DNA of 53,631 bases. Origin: a virus. Taxonomy: Duplodnaviria; Caudoviricetes. The stretch lies in the IMG/VR virus record IMGVR_UViG_3300020042_009392, positions 1 through 53,631 of that record; one strand, given 5' to 3'. Every line of letters starts with the position of its first letter. Position 1 is the stretch's first letter. Below are positions 9,774 through 19,183 of the stretch, piece after piece. Made by a program: the position numbers and the translations under genes. The notes beneath the pieces are model-generated. The model did not search any database and had not been told where the DNA came from. It saw only the letters and a list, made by a program, of their open reading frames with translations.

Positions 9774-9776
9774 GTA

Positions 9777-9809
9777 ATTGGGGATGTCAAAATCCCCACC
9801 TTACATTTA
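9777..9809 (+). promoter_or_regulatory. Class I phage promoter motif (polB copy)
   Basis: ATTG-N21-TACATTTA with internal CAAA; ATG 12 nt after the T of TA; one of about 10 copies. Confidence 0.6.
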
Positions 9810-9813
9810 AGTT

Positions 9814-12387
9814 ATGTATCAAGCAATTTATTACGATAGGTCTACCTATACATTTAACCTTAGAGATGATAAAACGGGGTGGAGTGAGTTTAAATACAGT
9901 CGCCCTCGATTTAAAATTGATCCTAATGGTGAATACCCTACATTAGATGGTAAACGAGCTAACGCTATAACCAAATATGATTGGAAGGATAATTCTCTAT
10001 ATGAATCTGACTTAGATGCTAGTACAGCTGTATTAATTGATAAGTATAGAGACAGTGATGATGCTCCTGAGTGGCAGAATATAGTTTATTTTGATATTGA
10101 GTGTGAGATTGCAGGTGCATTAACACCTGATCTTATTAAACGTGCTCCTACTAAAATAACATCTATTGCTGTTTATGATAATACTACTAAAAAGTATTAC
10201 TGTTTAATCTTAGATGAGAAGAAGCAACTACAAACTATTAATGAAGATAATAGAGCTGTTATTCCATTCCTTCATGAGCATGATTTACTACATGCCTTCC
10301 TTAATTTATGGGAACAGCTAGATCCAACTATTATTACGGGTTGGAATAGTGAATACTTTGACGTTCCGTTCTTATATTATAGGATAGAAAATCAATTAGG
10401 TGCTGTTGAGGCTTCTCGTATGTCTCCACTACGTAAAATTAAATTTGGAACATACACACATGATTCTCCTGTAGAATTAGCAGGATTGAATCATTTAGAT
10501 TATATGCTTCTGTTTAAAAAATATAATGCTAAACAAGAACCATCTTACAAATTAGGTGATATTGGAGAAAAATATGCTAAGTTATCTAAGATAGAATATG
10601 AAGGTAATCTTGATAGATTATTTGCTGAAGATATAAATAAGTTTATTGAATATAATATTCGTGACGTTGAAATTCTTATTGAATTAGAAAAACGATTTAA
10701 ATTTATTGAATTAACTATTGCTATTTGTCATTTGTGCCATGTGCCTTATGAACAAATTTATTTATCAACGGCATTAAATGATGGCGCTATATTAACATAC
10801 CTGAAACGTCAGGGTATAGTTTCACCAAATAAACCAACCACTACTCGCCCTGCATTATATGATATTAAGGAAGAATATGCTGGTGGATACCTAAAAGACC
10901 CAGTACCTGGACTTTATGAATGGGTTATTGACTTAGACTTTACGTCGTTATATCCGTCTATTATACGCTCGTTAAATATTGGTATTGAAACATATCTTGG
11001 CCGAATAGTTAATAATGATAAATACGATAATCAATGGACATTAGGTGATTTAAAACGAATGAATCCCGAACAATTAATTACTATTGAGCGATTAAAAGAT
11101 GATAAGACAACTAATCAATCACAAGCTACAGTAGGCCAAATTGTTAAATTTATTGAGGATGGAGATATATTAATTGCAGCATCAGGTGCTATGTTTAGAA
11201 CAGATCGCTCATCAGTTGTATGTGATGTATTAACTGATTGGTTTAATAAACGTGTTGAATATAAAAACCTGATGAAGAAAGCATATAAAGCAGGTGATGA
11301 TGTTAAAGGTGAGTTCTATAATAGACGACAACACGCTTATAAAATTAAACTAAATGACCTTTATGGTTGTTATGCTATTAATGGTTGGCGTTATACTGAT
11401 GGTCATAAACTTATATCTAAAGCAATTACATTAACTGGTCAGCGTGTAACACAAGAATCAATTAAGTTTATAAATAAGTGGATGAATAAAGAATTAGGCA
11501 CTACAGATAAAGATTATGTAGTTACATCTGATACCGATTCATTATTTATTGAATGTAAGGATTTAGTATTACAACGTTATCCTGATACTAAAACTAAGGA
11601 CGAATATATTAAAGCAGTATTAGAAATTGCTACAGAAATACAAAAAGAAGCAAATGATAATATTAATTTATTTACTAGAGAATATTTTAATGTTAAAGAA
11701 CGTCCTCACTACTTCGAATTAAAACAAGAGGTAGTTATTGAAAGAGGTTATTTTGCAGGCAAGCGTCGTTATGCAATGTATATTGTAAATAAGGAAGGTG
11801 TTACTGTTGATGAAATGGTAATGATGGGTCTTGATCTAATGAAATCAAATATGACTCCAATGTATCGTAAATTTGGAGAGGAATTACTAAAACAAATCAT
11901 GTTTGGTACTCCTAAATCGGATATTGATAAACGTATACTTGACTTTAAAAAATATGTTAAAGATATTCCTATTGCTGAATTAGCTAAACCTACAGGAGTA
12001 AAACAAGTATCGTCATATATTGATCGCAAACCGGGTATTGGTGAGATATTTAGTACATTGAGATTAAAATGCCCAATCAATACTAAAGCAGCAATATGGT
12101 ACAATGATTTATTACGATTCAAGAAACTAGATAAACAATATCCATGTTTCACTGAAGGTGATAAAATGAAATATATCCAATTAAAGGACAACCCATACAG
12201 AATTGATGTAATTGGTTTCACAGGCAACGACCCAGAATTTATTAACCAATTTATTGATCAATATGCCGATAGAGAGGAAGGATTTGAAGCAACTTTGATG
12301 AATAAATTAGTAGGTATCTATGAGGATTTAGGTTGGGATTTTCCATCGATGCATGAAAATGCAAGTAAATTTTTTAAATTTGGTTAG
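9814..12387 (+). CDS. polB: Family B DNA polymerase with 3'-5' exonuclease
   Basis: FDIE, GWNSEYFD, YNIRDV exo motifs; DFTSLYPS, KIKLNDLYG, SDTDS, KRRY polymerase motifs. Confidence 0.95.
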   Translation: MYQAIYYDRSTYTFNLRDDKTGWSEFKYSRPRFKIDPNGEYPTLDGKRANAITKYDWKDNSLYESDLDASTAVLIDKYRDSDDAPEWQNIVYFDIECEIAGALTPDLIKRAPTKITSIAVYDNTTKKYYCLILDEKKQLQTINEDNRAVIPFLHEHDLLHAFLNLWEQLDPTIITGWNSEYFDVPFLYYRIENQLGAVEASRMSPLRKIKFGTYTHDSPVELAGLNHLDYMLLFKKYNAKQEPSYKLGDIGEKYAKLSKIEYEGNLDRLFAEDINKFIEYNIRDVEILIELEKRFKFIELTIAICHLCHVPYEQIYLSTALNDGAILTYLKRQGIVSPNKPTTTRPALYDIKEEYAGGYLKDPVPGLYEWVIDLDFTSLYPSIIRSLNIGIETYLGRIVNNDKYDNQWTLGDLKRMNPEQLITIERLKDDKTTNQSQATVGQIVKFIEDGDILIAASGAMFRTDRSSVVCDVLTDWFNKRVEYKNLMKKAYKAGDDVKGEFYNRRQHAYKIKLNDLYGCYAINGWRYTDGHKLISKAITLTGQRVTQESIKFINKWMNKELGTTDKDYVVTSDTDSLFIECKDLVLQRYPDTKTKDEYIKAVLEIATEIQKEANDNINLFTREYFNVKERPHYFELKQEVVIERGYFAGKRRYAMYIVNKEGVTVDEMVMMGLDLMKSNMTPMYRKFGEELLKQIMFGTPKSDIDKRILDFKKYVKDIPIAELAKPTGVKQVSSYIDRKPGIGEIFSTLRLKCPINTKAAIWYNDLLRFKKLDKQYPCFTEGDKMKYIQLKDNPYRIDVIGFTGNDPEFINQFIDQYADREEGFEATLMNKLVGIYEDLGWDFPSMHENASKFFKFG

Positions 12388-12410
12388 TCCAAACACTAAT
12401 CGTATATTCA
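12379..12410 (+). promoter_or_regulatory. Class I phage promoter motif
   Basis: TTTG-N20-TATATTCA, CAAA 13 nt before TA, ATG at +12. Confidence 0.65.
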
Positions 12411-12414
12411 CGTT

Positions 12415-12753
12415 ATGAAAATAGTTTACGGTATTATATATGGCCTATTAGGTCAAATAGGATCATTTATGCAGCTTCAAGGTGCAATGAAATTTGGATG
12501 GTATCAAAAATATCTTTGGTTAGTATTATTAGTGAGTATACCTTTAAGTTGGTTTTATATCAAATCAGTAGAATATTTTATAGCAGCATTCAATGGTCAA
12601 TTATGGCCTAGCCGTTTAATTGGATTTGGCTTAGGTATAGTTGTATTTAGTATAATGAGTCATTACTTATTTAAAGAACCATTTACACCAAAAACAATAG
12701 TGTGTATAGGATTAGGATTAACAATTATAGCAATTCAAATACTTTGGAAATAA
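12415..12753 (+). CDS. Four-TM membrane protein (SMR/EamA-like)
   Basis: 112 aa, four hydrophobic helices, LFKEPFT..K..IGL pattern. Confidence 0.6.
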   Translation: MKIVYGIIYGLLGQIGSFMQLQGAMKFGWYQKYLWLVLLVSIPLSWFYIKSVEYFIAAFNGQLWPSRLIGFGLGIVVFSIMSHYLFKEPFTPKTIVCIGLGLTIIAIQILWK

Positions 12754-12754
12754 T

Positions 12755-13477
12755 ATGGAAAAACAATCATTCGTCTCGTTAATTGATAAGTACTACCTAA
12801 ATGGGGTAGGTGAGAAAGTAAGGTGGAGTGTTAAAGATGGTATAGCTACTATCAAAACATTCTCTACTACTAAAGACATGGTAGGGGTAGTAACAGGTGC
12901 TGTTGAATTAGTCGATAGTGAGTTTGTTATATTTGACACAAGTAAGTTTCTAAAGCTTGTTGGTATATGTAACCAATTCCTTACTACGGATATACAATTT
13001 CAAGGCAACATCGCCACTAAACTATTAGTAGCCGACAATGAATACAACTTAGAGTATGCGCTTGCTAATTTAATGTTAGCACCACAAGTAAACTTTACAG
13101 TTGAGGAATTTGAAAGCGATTATTCATTTAGCATTACAAATGAATTTATTGGTAAGTGGATTAAAGCAAAAAAAGCATTAGGTAGTGAATTTTGTACTAT
13201 TGGTTTAACAACTAAAGACACAGGTAATGTAATTAATTTTACTTTAGGTGAGCCCGAAGGTCACTCAAATAAGATTGATTTTGAGGAAGTGCCATTAGAA
13301 TCAAAACATACTATTTATACATCGTTACAATTCAATGCTGAATATTTAAAATCAATATTTGATGCTAATTATGGAGCAGTAGGCACTATGTGGGTAAGTA
13401 ATGAGGGTGCTATGAAATTGGATTTTGAAAGTGAAGATGGACAAAAATCTACTTATGTGATATTAGCAAAAATTTAA
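12755..13477 (+). CDS. Putative DNA polymerase sliding clamp (gp45/PCNA-like)
   Basis: Size, beta-rich two-repeat pattern, FNAEYLKSI...GAMKLDF...STYVIL end; near polB and clamp loader. Confidence 0.65.
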   Translation: MEKQSFVSLIDKYYLNGVGEKVRWSVKDGIATIKTFSTTKDMVGVVTGAVELVDSEFVIFDTSKFLKLVGICNQFLTTDIQFQGNIATKLLVADNEYNLEYALANLMLAPQVNFTVEEFESDYSFSITNEFIGKWIKAKKALGSEFCTIGLTTKDTGNVINFTLGEPEGHSNKIDFEEVPLESKHTIYTSLQFNAEYLKSIFDANYGAVGTMWVSNEGAMKLDFESEDGQKSTYVILAKI

Positions 13478-13484
13478 AAACATT

Positions 13485-13492
13485 ATATTTAT
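13485..13492 (+). promoter_or_regulatory. Class II motif ATATTTAT (candidate late promoter), hsp20 copy
   Basis: Same octamer in intergenic DNA at 17317, 20926, 31801, 32372, 36565, 37290, 48102, 52165. Confidence 0.55.
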
Positions 13493-13575
13493 ACTTGAGA
13501 TACGACAGGTCTCAGTTATGAAATATTAAATTAATGTTTAACCGCTCACCTTAGGGGAGCACAAAATTTAAAAAA

Positions 13576-14019
13576 ATGACACAATTACAACGTTGGGCAA
13601 TGGACCCGTTCGACATCGTTTGGAAAAATTTCCTAGATGTAAATTCAACTTTCAATTCAATTGAAAATAAAATCAACTACCCAGTTGATATTTACGAAAC
13701 AGAAAATGGTTTACGTTTCGAATTAGCAGTAGTAGGTCTCGATCAAGAAGACTTAAATATCCTAGTAGAAGGAGATACTCTTAGAATCACACACGACAAA
13801 AAAGTAGCAGAAGTAGAACGCAACTATATTCAAAGAGGTATAGCACGTCGTTCCTTTGACTTAGCTTACAAAGTAGCAATGAAATTTGACTTGGCTCAAT
13901 TAACTGCTTCTATGGATAAAGGTTTGTTAATTATTGATATCCCTTCATCAGAAGAAAGAGCACCAAAGAAAATTTCAATTAATACTCCACTTGAAGTAAA
14001 ATCAAGTAAGAAAAAATAA
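13576..14019 (+). CDS. Small heat shock protein (Hsp20)
   Basis: YPVDIYE, YIQRGIARRSF, MDKGLLIIDIP, C-terminal ISI. Confidence 0.92.
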   Translation: MTQLQRWAMDPFDIVWKNFLDVNSTFNSIENKINYPVDIYETENGLRFELAVVGLDQEDLNILVEGDTLRITHDKKVAEVERNYIQRGIARRSFDLAYKVAMKFDLAQLTASMDKGLLIIDIPSSEERAPKKISINTPLEVKSSKKK

Positions 14020-14077
14020 GTTTTGAAGCCTTAAAGGCCTGTCGTATCTTCACTTTAGTTATAAAATAAATAAAATA

Positions 14078-14371
14078 ATGAAAATAAATGCGTTGCATAA
14101 TCACGTTGTGATTAAACAAGATGAAAATCAAGAACAAAAGTATGGTAACATCGTTGTTGCCGACTTAGGTAAAGAAAAACCACTACAAGGTACAATTGTA
14201 GAAATTGGTCCTGGTAGATCAACAGAAACAGGGGCTTTTGTTCCAACAACACTTAAAGTGGGGGATGTAGTAGTATTTCCTTCATTTGGTGGTAATAAAA
14301 TTACTGTTGATGATGTGGAATATATTATCATGAAGGAAACAGATTTGTTAATCACACTAGAAAAAGAATAA
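14078..14371 (+). CDS. groES: Co-chaperonin GroES
   Basis: EKPLQGTIVEIGPG, LKVGDVV, YIIMKETDLL. Confidence 0.95.
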   Translation: MKINALHNHVVIKQDENQEQKYGNIVVADLGKEKPLQGTIVEIGPGRSTETGAFVPTTLKVGDVVVFPSFGGNKITVDDVEYIIMKETDLLITLEKE

Positions 14372-14372
14372 T

Positions 14373-15998
14373 ATGAGTAAAATAATCAGTTTCGATCGCG
14401 AAGCGAAAGAAAAACTACAGGAAGGTGTAGACAAAGTCTACAAAGCTGTAGCAACAACAATGGGTCCTTTCGGACGTAATGTGTTAATTGAGAAAGAATA
14501 TGGTCAAGTATCGTCTACTAAAGATGGTGTTACTGTAGCTAAGTCAATTACATTAGAAGATCCAATTGAAAACATGGCTGCAACTGTTATTAAACAAGCA
14601 GCATCAAAAACAGTTGATCAAGCAGGTGATGGAACAACTACATCTACTGTATTAGCTCACTCGATTGCATCTCAAGCACTACAAGCTACAGCATATGCAT
14701 CAACAAATGCTACTCAGGTAAAACGTGGTATTGAACAGGCTGTTAAGGAAGTAGTTGCTGAATTGAAAGCAATGTCTGTAGATATTACAGATGAAGCACA
14801 AATTAAACAAGTAGCTACATTATCAGCTAATGGTGATGAAGAAATTGGTAATATTGTAGCTACAGCTATTGATAAAGTAGGTAGAGATGGAGTAGTAACT
14901 GTAGAGAAATCTCGTACAGGTGAAACAACATTAGAAGTTGTTGAAGGTTTGCAATTTGATAGAGGTTATAAATCGCCTTATTTTGTAACTGATAACAATT
15001 CAATGCAAGTTACATTAAATGATCCTTATATTTTAATTTATGATAAACGTATTAGTGCAGTTAAGGATTTACTTCCATTGCTTGAACGTGTTTCTACTGA
15101 GAGTAAATCTCTTTTAATTATTGCTGAAGATATTGATGGTGAAGCGTTAGCTACATTAGTAATGAACAAAGCAAGAGGTGTATTGCAAGTATGTGCTGTT
15201 AAAGCTCCTGATTTTGGAGATCGTAGAACTGCAATTTTAGAAGATATTGCTACATTAACTGGTGGACAGGTAGTTTCATCTGAGAAAGGTATGACTTTAG
15301 CTAAACTAGATATTAGTTGGTTAGGTAAATCTAGAGTTGTTACTGTTGGTAAAGACACTACTACAATTGTTGATGGTAAAGGTAATATTGATAAAATTGA
15401 AGAGCGTATCTTGAATATCAAGGCTCAAATGGACAAACCAGATACTACACCTTATGAAATTGAAAAATATCAAGAGCGTTTAGGTAAAATGGTAGGTGGA
15501 GTTGCTATTATCAATGTTGGTGGTGGTAATGAAATTGAGATTGACGAGAAAAAAGATCGTATTGATGATGCTTTACAAGCAACTAAAGCAGCACTTGAAG
15601 AAGGTATTCTACCAGGAGCTGGTATGGCTTTAGTTAATGCTAAATTCTCTATTACTAATCGTGATAAAACCGATTTTGGTAAAGGTAAACAAATAGTATT
15701 CCAATCATGTAATACTCCACTTAAGCAAATTTTATCTAATGCTGGTGAATCATATAGTGAGTGGTATCTTAAATTACTAAAAGTTACAGATTCAAAATCT
15801 GTTCCTAATATTAATAATGGAGAAATGGTAGATGCATTTGAATCAGGTATTATTGATCCTACCAAGGTGGTACGTTGTGCCCTAGAAAACGCAGCATCCG
15901 CTGCTGTTACATTACTAATGACTGAATGTGTTATCCATGAAAAACCTAATGAAAAGAAGGCAGATGACATGGGTGGAATGTCAGGATTTGGTATGTAA
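14373..15998 (+). CDS. groEL: Chaperonin GroEL
   Basis: TMGPFGRNV, TKDGVTVA, AGDGTTT, GLQFDRGY, GIIDPTKV, GGM tail. Confidence 0.97.
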   Translation: MSKIISFDREAKEKLQEGVDKVYKAVATTMGPFGRNVLIEKEYGQVSSTKDGVTVAKSITLEDPIENMAATVIKQAASKTVDQAGDGTTTSTVLAHSIASQALQATAYASTNATQVKRGIEQAVKEVVAELKAMSVDITDEAQIKQVATLSANGDEEIGNIVATAIDKVGRDGVVTVEKSRTGETTLEVVEGLQFDRGYKSPYFVTDNNSMQVTLNDPYILIYDKRISAVKDLLPLLERVSTESKSLLIIAEDIDGEALATLVMNKARGVLQVCAVKAPDFGDRRTAILEDIATLTGGQVVSSEKGMTLAKLDISWLGKSRVVTVGKDTTTIVDGKGNIDKIEERILNIKAQMDKPDTTPYEIEKYQERLGKMVGGVAIINVGGGNEIEIDEKKDRIDDALQATKAALEEGILPGAGMALVNAKFSITNRDKTDFGKGKQIVFQSCNTPLKQILSNAGESYSEWYLKLLKVTDSKSVPNINNGEMVDAFESGIIDPTKVVRCALENAASAAVTLLMTECVIHEKPNEKKADDMGGMSGFGM

Positions 15999-16007
15999 AT
16001 TCAATGT

Positions 16008-16373
16008 ATGAAAAAGTTATATTTAGACGATATCCGCATCCCTCGAACAGAGGGATGGGTTATCGTTCGTAACTACGATGATTTCGTAGCGTGGATTAGA
16101 TTAAATGGTGTTCCTGATGAAGTATCATTCGACCATGATTTGGGAGAAGATGTTGCTAAAGAAAAAGTAGAGACAGGAATGTCTAAACGTAAAGCAAGAG
16201 AGCAAAAGAAGGAAGCTAAAAGTGGTTATGACGCTGCAGTATTTTTAGGACGACATTGTCTATTAACCGATACTCCTTATCCAAAATGGAATTGCCATTC
16301 TGCAAATCCTGTTGGTAAGGCAAATATAGAAGCATACATTAATAATGTAATTAAACATCAAAATCAGTTATGA
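16008..16373 (+). CDS. Cyclic-phosphate processing receiver-domain protein
   Basis: LYLDDIR, SFDHDLG, HSANPVG motifs. Confidence 0.75.
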   Translation: MKKLYLDDIRIPRTEGWVIVRNYDDFVAWIRLNGVPDEVSFDHDLGEDVAKEKVETGMSKRKAREQKKEAKSGYDAAVFLGRHCLLTDTPYPKWNCHSANPVGKANIEAYINNVIKHQNQL

Positions 16374-17290
16374 AACAACACACACTCTGGATAGAAAAAT
16401 ACAGATCACAAACATTAGAACAATATATTGGCAACGATGCTGTTAAAGATCGTATTGCTGGTTGTATTGCTAAGAACGATATACCCCATTTCATATTCGC
16501 TGGTAGCGCAGGCACAGGTAAGACTACCCTCGCGAAGTTAATCATAAAGAACATCCAGTGTGATTATCTTTATCTTAACGCCAGCGATGAGAATGGAATT
16601 GATACTATTAGAGATAAAGTAAAAGGATTTGCCTCAACAGCATCATTTCAACCATTAAAGGTTGTGATACTAGATGAGGCAGATTTCTTAACTCAACCTG
16701 CTCAAGCAGCATTACGTAATCTGATTGAGGAATATTCAGCATATACTCGTTTTATATTAACTTGTAATTATGTTGAACGTTTAATTGAACCACTTCAATC
16801 ACGTTGTGAGTTACATATGTTAAAACCACCAACTAAAGGTGCTGTTGCAAAACACATTTGCATCAACATTTTAGATGTTGAAGGTATTACATATGAAATT
16901 GCTGATGTAGCTAAAGTTATCAATGAATTTTATCCTGATATTCGTTCTATAATTAAAGTATTACAATCTAATATTCAGGAAAATAAATTAGTTATTACTA
17001 CTTTGGATGATAATTGGACTAAACAATTGGTTCAAATACTATCTAAACGCGAGAAAAACGCTTGGTATCAAGTACGCCAACTTGTAGCAGACGCTCAAGT
17101 AGACGACTTTCAAACCGCTTATCGCTATATGTTTGAGCATTTAGCCGAATTTAGTTATGGAAATGATGCTCAATTATCAGTTATATTAGATGATTTCATC
17201 TGGAGAGCAGGTGTAGTGCCAGATAAAGAAATAAATGCAATGGCTTGTATTGCTAAGATACTTGAAGCTACTAAGAAACAAGTATTGTAG
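16370..17290 (+). CDS. Clamp loader AAA+ subunit (RFC/gp44-like)
   Basis: WIEKYR, GSAGTGKTT, LNASDE, ILDEAD, LQSRC. Confidence 0.93.
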   Translation: MKQHTLWIEKYRSQTLEQYIGNDAVKDRIAGCIAKNDIPHFIFAGSAGTGKTTLAKLIIKNIQCDYLYLNASDENGIDTIRDKVKGFASTASFQPLKVVILDEADFLTQPAQAALRNLIEEYSAYTRFILTCNYVERLIEPLQSRCELHMLKPPTKGAVAKHICINILDVEGITYEIADVAKVINEFYPDIRSIIKVLQSNIQENKLVITTLDDNWTKQLVQILSKREKNAWYQVRQLVADAQVDDFQTAYRYMFEHLAEFSYGNDAQLSVILDDFIWRAGVVPDKEINAMACIAKILEATKKQVL

Positions 17291-17328
17291 TCCCCGACGG
17301 GGAATATATTCTTCATATATTTATTGAT

Positions 17329-17934
17329 ATGATAGGAATATATAAAATAACAAACCCAAACGGTAAAATTTACATTGGTCAAAGCATTAATGTAAATAGA
17401 AGATTAACGGCTCATAAAAACAGACATTCATCTAAGTGTATACTAGTATACAATTCGATTACTAAGTATGGTAAAGAAAACCATACATTTGAACTAATAG
17501 AAGAATGTGAGAAAGATATGTTAGATGAACGTGAATTATACTGGACTGAATATTATAATGCTTTGCACCCTAATGGGTTAGTATTAAAAGCTGGAGGTGA
17601 ACCTGGAGGAACAGGAATTATGTCTGAAAAAACAAAACAAAAAATGAGTAAATCTCACATTGGAAAAAAGGATTCTGAAGAAACAAAACAAAAGAAAAGC
17701 CAATCTGCTAAAGGTAGAGTAAAAACAGCAGAATGGAGACAGAACATAAGTGATTCCCACCCAACAAAGAAACCAGTAGAGCAATATAATTTAGAAGGGG
17801 CAAAGATAAATGAGTATATTTCAATAAACGAAGCTGCAAGACAAACAGGTGTTAGAGTGGGGGATATAAGTGCTTGCTGTAATGGTAAACAAAAAACAGC
17901 ATTTGGATTTGCTTGGAAATTTAAAAATATATAA
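17329..17934 (+). mobile_element. Free-standing GIY-YIG homing endonuclease with NUMOD3 repeats and NUMOD1-like HTH
   Basis: GIYKITN...IYIGQS, SEETKQK repeats, SINEAARQTG...ISACC...TAFGFAW. Confidence 0.88.
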
Positions 17935-17935
17935 T

Positions 17936-18091
17936 ATGAAAAAAGTATACGCAGTAACAGGAACGTTTCATGGTTCTATCATTTGGGCTCTAAATGAAGG
18001 AGGAGCAAGAAGAATGTTTCATAAAATGTATAATGGAGAAAGCATTACACATGTAAAAGATATTTCAAATCATAACTTATCAAACCTATAA
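17936..18091 (+). CDS. Small hypothetical protein
   Basis: ATG 17936 (MKKVYAV...) right after the endonuclease stop. Confidence 0.55.
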   Translation: MKKVYAVTGTFHGSIIWALNEGGARRMFHKMYNGESITHVKDISNHNLSNL

Positions 18092-18094
18092 CCT

Positions 18095-18316
18095 ATGAAA
18101 CTATACACAGAAGAACAAGTAAAGAAAGCTATTAGTATTGCAGAATATGGAGATTATGAATGCGAACAAATTATTGATGAATTAACACCAATAGAGCTAC
18201 CAAAGGACGAGGATATAGAAAAGAATATTGAAAAGCTATTCTATGGAGAAAAGAAATATTATTTTAAAGCAGGTATTGAATGGACGAAGCAACATATACT
18301 TAACCAAAATAAATAA
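18095..18316 (+). CDS. Small cassette protein (MKLYTE...NQNK)
   Basis: Shares both termini with 18704..18922. Confidence 0.65.
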   Translation: MKLYTEEQVKKAISIAEYGDYECEQIIDELTPIELPKDEDIEKNIEKLFYGEKKYYFKAGIEWTKQHILNQNK

Positions 18317-18319
18317 CCT

Positions 18320-18433
18320 ATGAAAACAATTACTAATAAATTTGGTTTCAAAGCATCAGACTTATGGTGCATACTATTATATTGGGTTGCAGCATTGTTA
18401 CCATTTATATTAGAAATATATTTTAAACATTAA
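18320..18433 (+). CDS. 37-aa single-TM peptide not in the ORF track
   Basis: MKTITNKFGFKASDLWCILLYWVAALLPFILEIYFKH*; starts in the junction repeat. Confidence 0.55.
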   Translation: MKTITNKFGFKASDLWCILLYWVAALLPFILEIYFKH

Positions 18434-18443
18434 ATAAATAAAT

Positions 18444-18707
18444 ATGCAAACAGCAATTGACTGGTTAATGGACCAGTATAAAAAAGATGATGGTAAGTTC
18501 TTAACAGGTGTGTATGAGCAAGCTAAAGAAAAAGAAAAAGAGCAGATAATGGATTCTTATCTACAAGGTAGTTTTGATGATGGACCTAATATCACAAATT
18601 CAGAACAATACTACAACCAAACTTATAACCAAACAAACGTAGGTAATGATGGATTTGAATTTGATAATAGTTCAACAATTCCCCCACCCAAAACAAATAA
18701 CCTATGA
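18444..18707 (+). CDS. Small cassette protein
   Basis: MQTAIDWL...EQAKEKEKEQI...EQYYNQTY. Confidence 0.65.
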   Translation: MQTAIDWLMDQYKKDDGKFLTGVYEQAKEKEKEQIMDSYLQGSFDDGPNITNSEQYYNQTYNQTNVGNDGFEFDNSSTIPPPKTNNL

Positions 18708-18922
18708 AACTATATACAGAAAAACAAGTAACTAAAATTAATTTACAATCAAAAGATTGGGGACACTATGATAATTCTATTTTTGCATTTGAAATATCAG
18801 ATAATGAAAACATATATACAGAACAACAAATAAAAGAAACATTAAAATTAATGGGGCTTGATTTGTTAGTAAATGAATTTTTGAAAAAAGCTGAACCAAT
18901 AGAATTTAACCAAAACAAATAA
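18704..18922 (+). CDS. Small cassette protein (MKLYTE...NQNK)
   Basis: Paralogous termini with 18095..18316; internal second YTEQQI. Confidence 0.65.
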   Translation: MKLYTEKQVTKINLQSKDWGHYDNSIFAFEISDNENIYTEQQIKETLKLMGLDLLVNEFLKKAEPIEFNQNK

Positions 18923-18937
18923 AAAACAAATATTATA

Positions 18938-19183
18938 ATGGACCAACAACAAATGAATCTAAATATTACTTTAGATAAAACAACACCAGTAAAATGTGAT
19001 GCTTGTGAAAATGAAACATTCCAAGAAGTAGTATTACTACGTAAAGCATCTCGATTCGTAACAGGAACACCACAAGATGCTCTTATTCCTATTCCAGCGT
19101 TCGCATGTACAAAATGTGGACACGTAAATGAAGACTTACTACCACCACAATTAAGAAACAATGAACCTACTGAAACTATTTAA
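18938..19183 (+). CDS. Zn-ribbon protein
   Basis: CDAC...CTKCGH. Confidence 0.7.
   Translation: MDQQQMNLNITLDKTTPVKCDACENETFQEVVLLRKASRFVTGTPQDALIPIPAFACTKCGHVNEDLLPPQLRNNEPTETI

Larger units (their letters stand above)
18082..18922 (+). repeat. Junction repeats AACCAAAAYAAATAACCTATGAAA linking small ORFs
   Basis: Full or partial copies near 18087, 18301, 18626, 18688, 18907. Confidence 0.7.

Noticed and set aside
174-17290. Inteins or introns in nrdA, polB or the clamp loader
   Set aside because: Lengths are normal and motifs contiguous
17291-17934. Group I intron around the GIY-YIG gene
   Set aside because: The clamp loader gene is complete upstream, flanks are under 40 nt and there is no intron core; it is free-standing
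18082-18922. CRISPR array or DGR
   Set aside because: Repeats are irregularly spaced, degenerate and separated by ORFs; no cas operon or reverse transcriptase; the Cas4-like nuclease sits in a replication context
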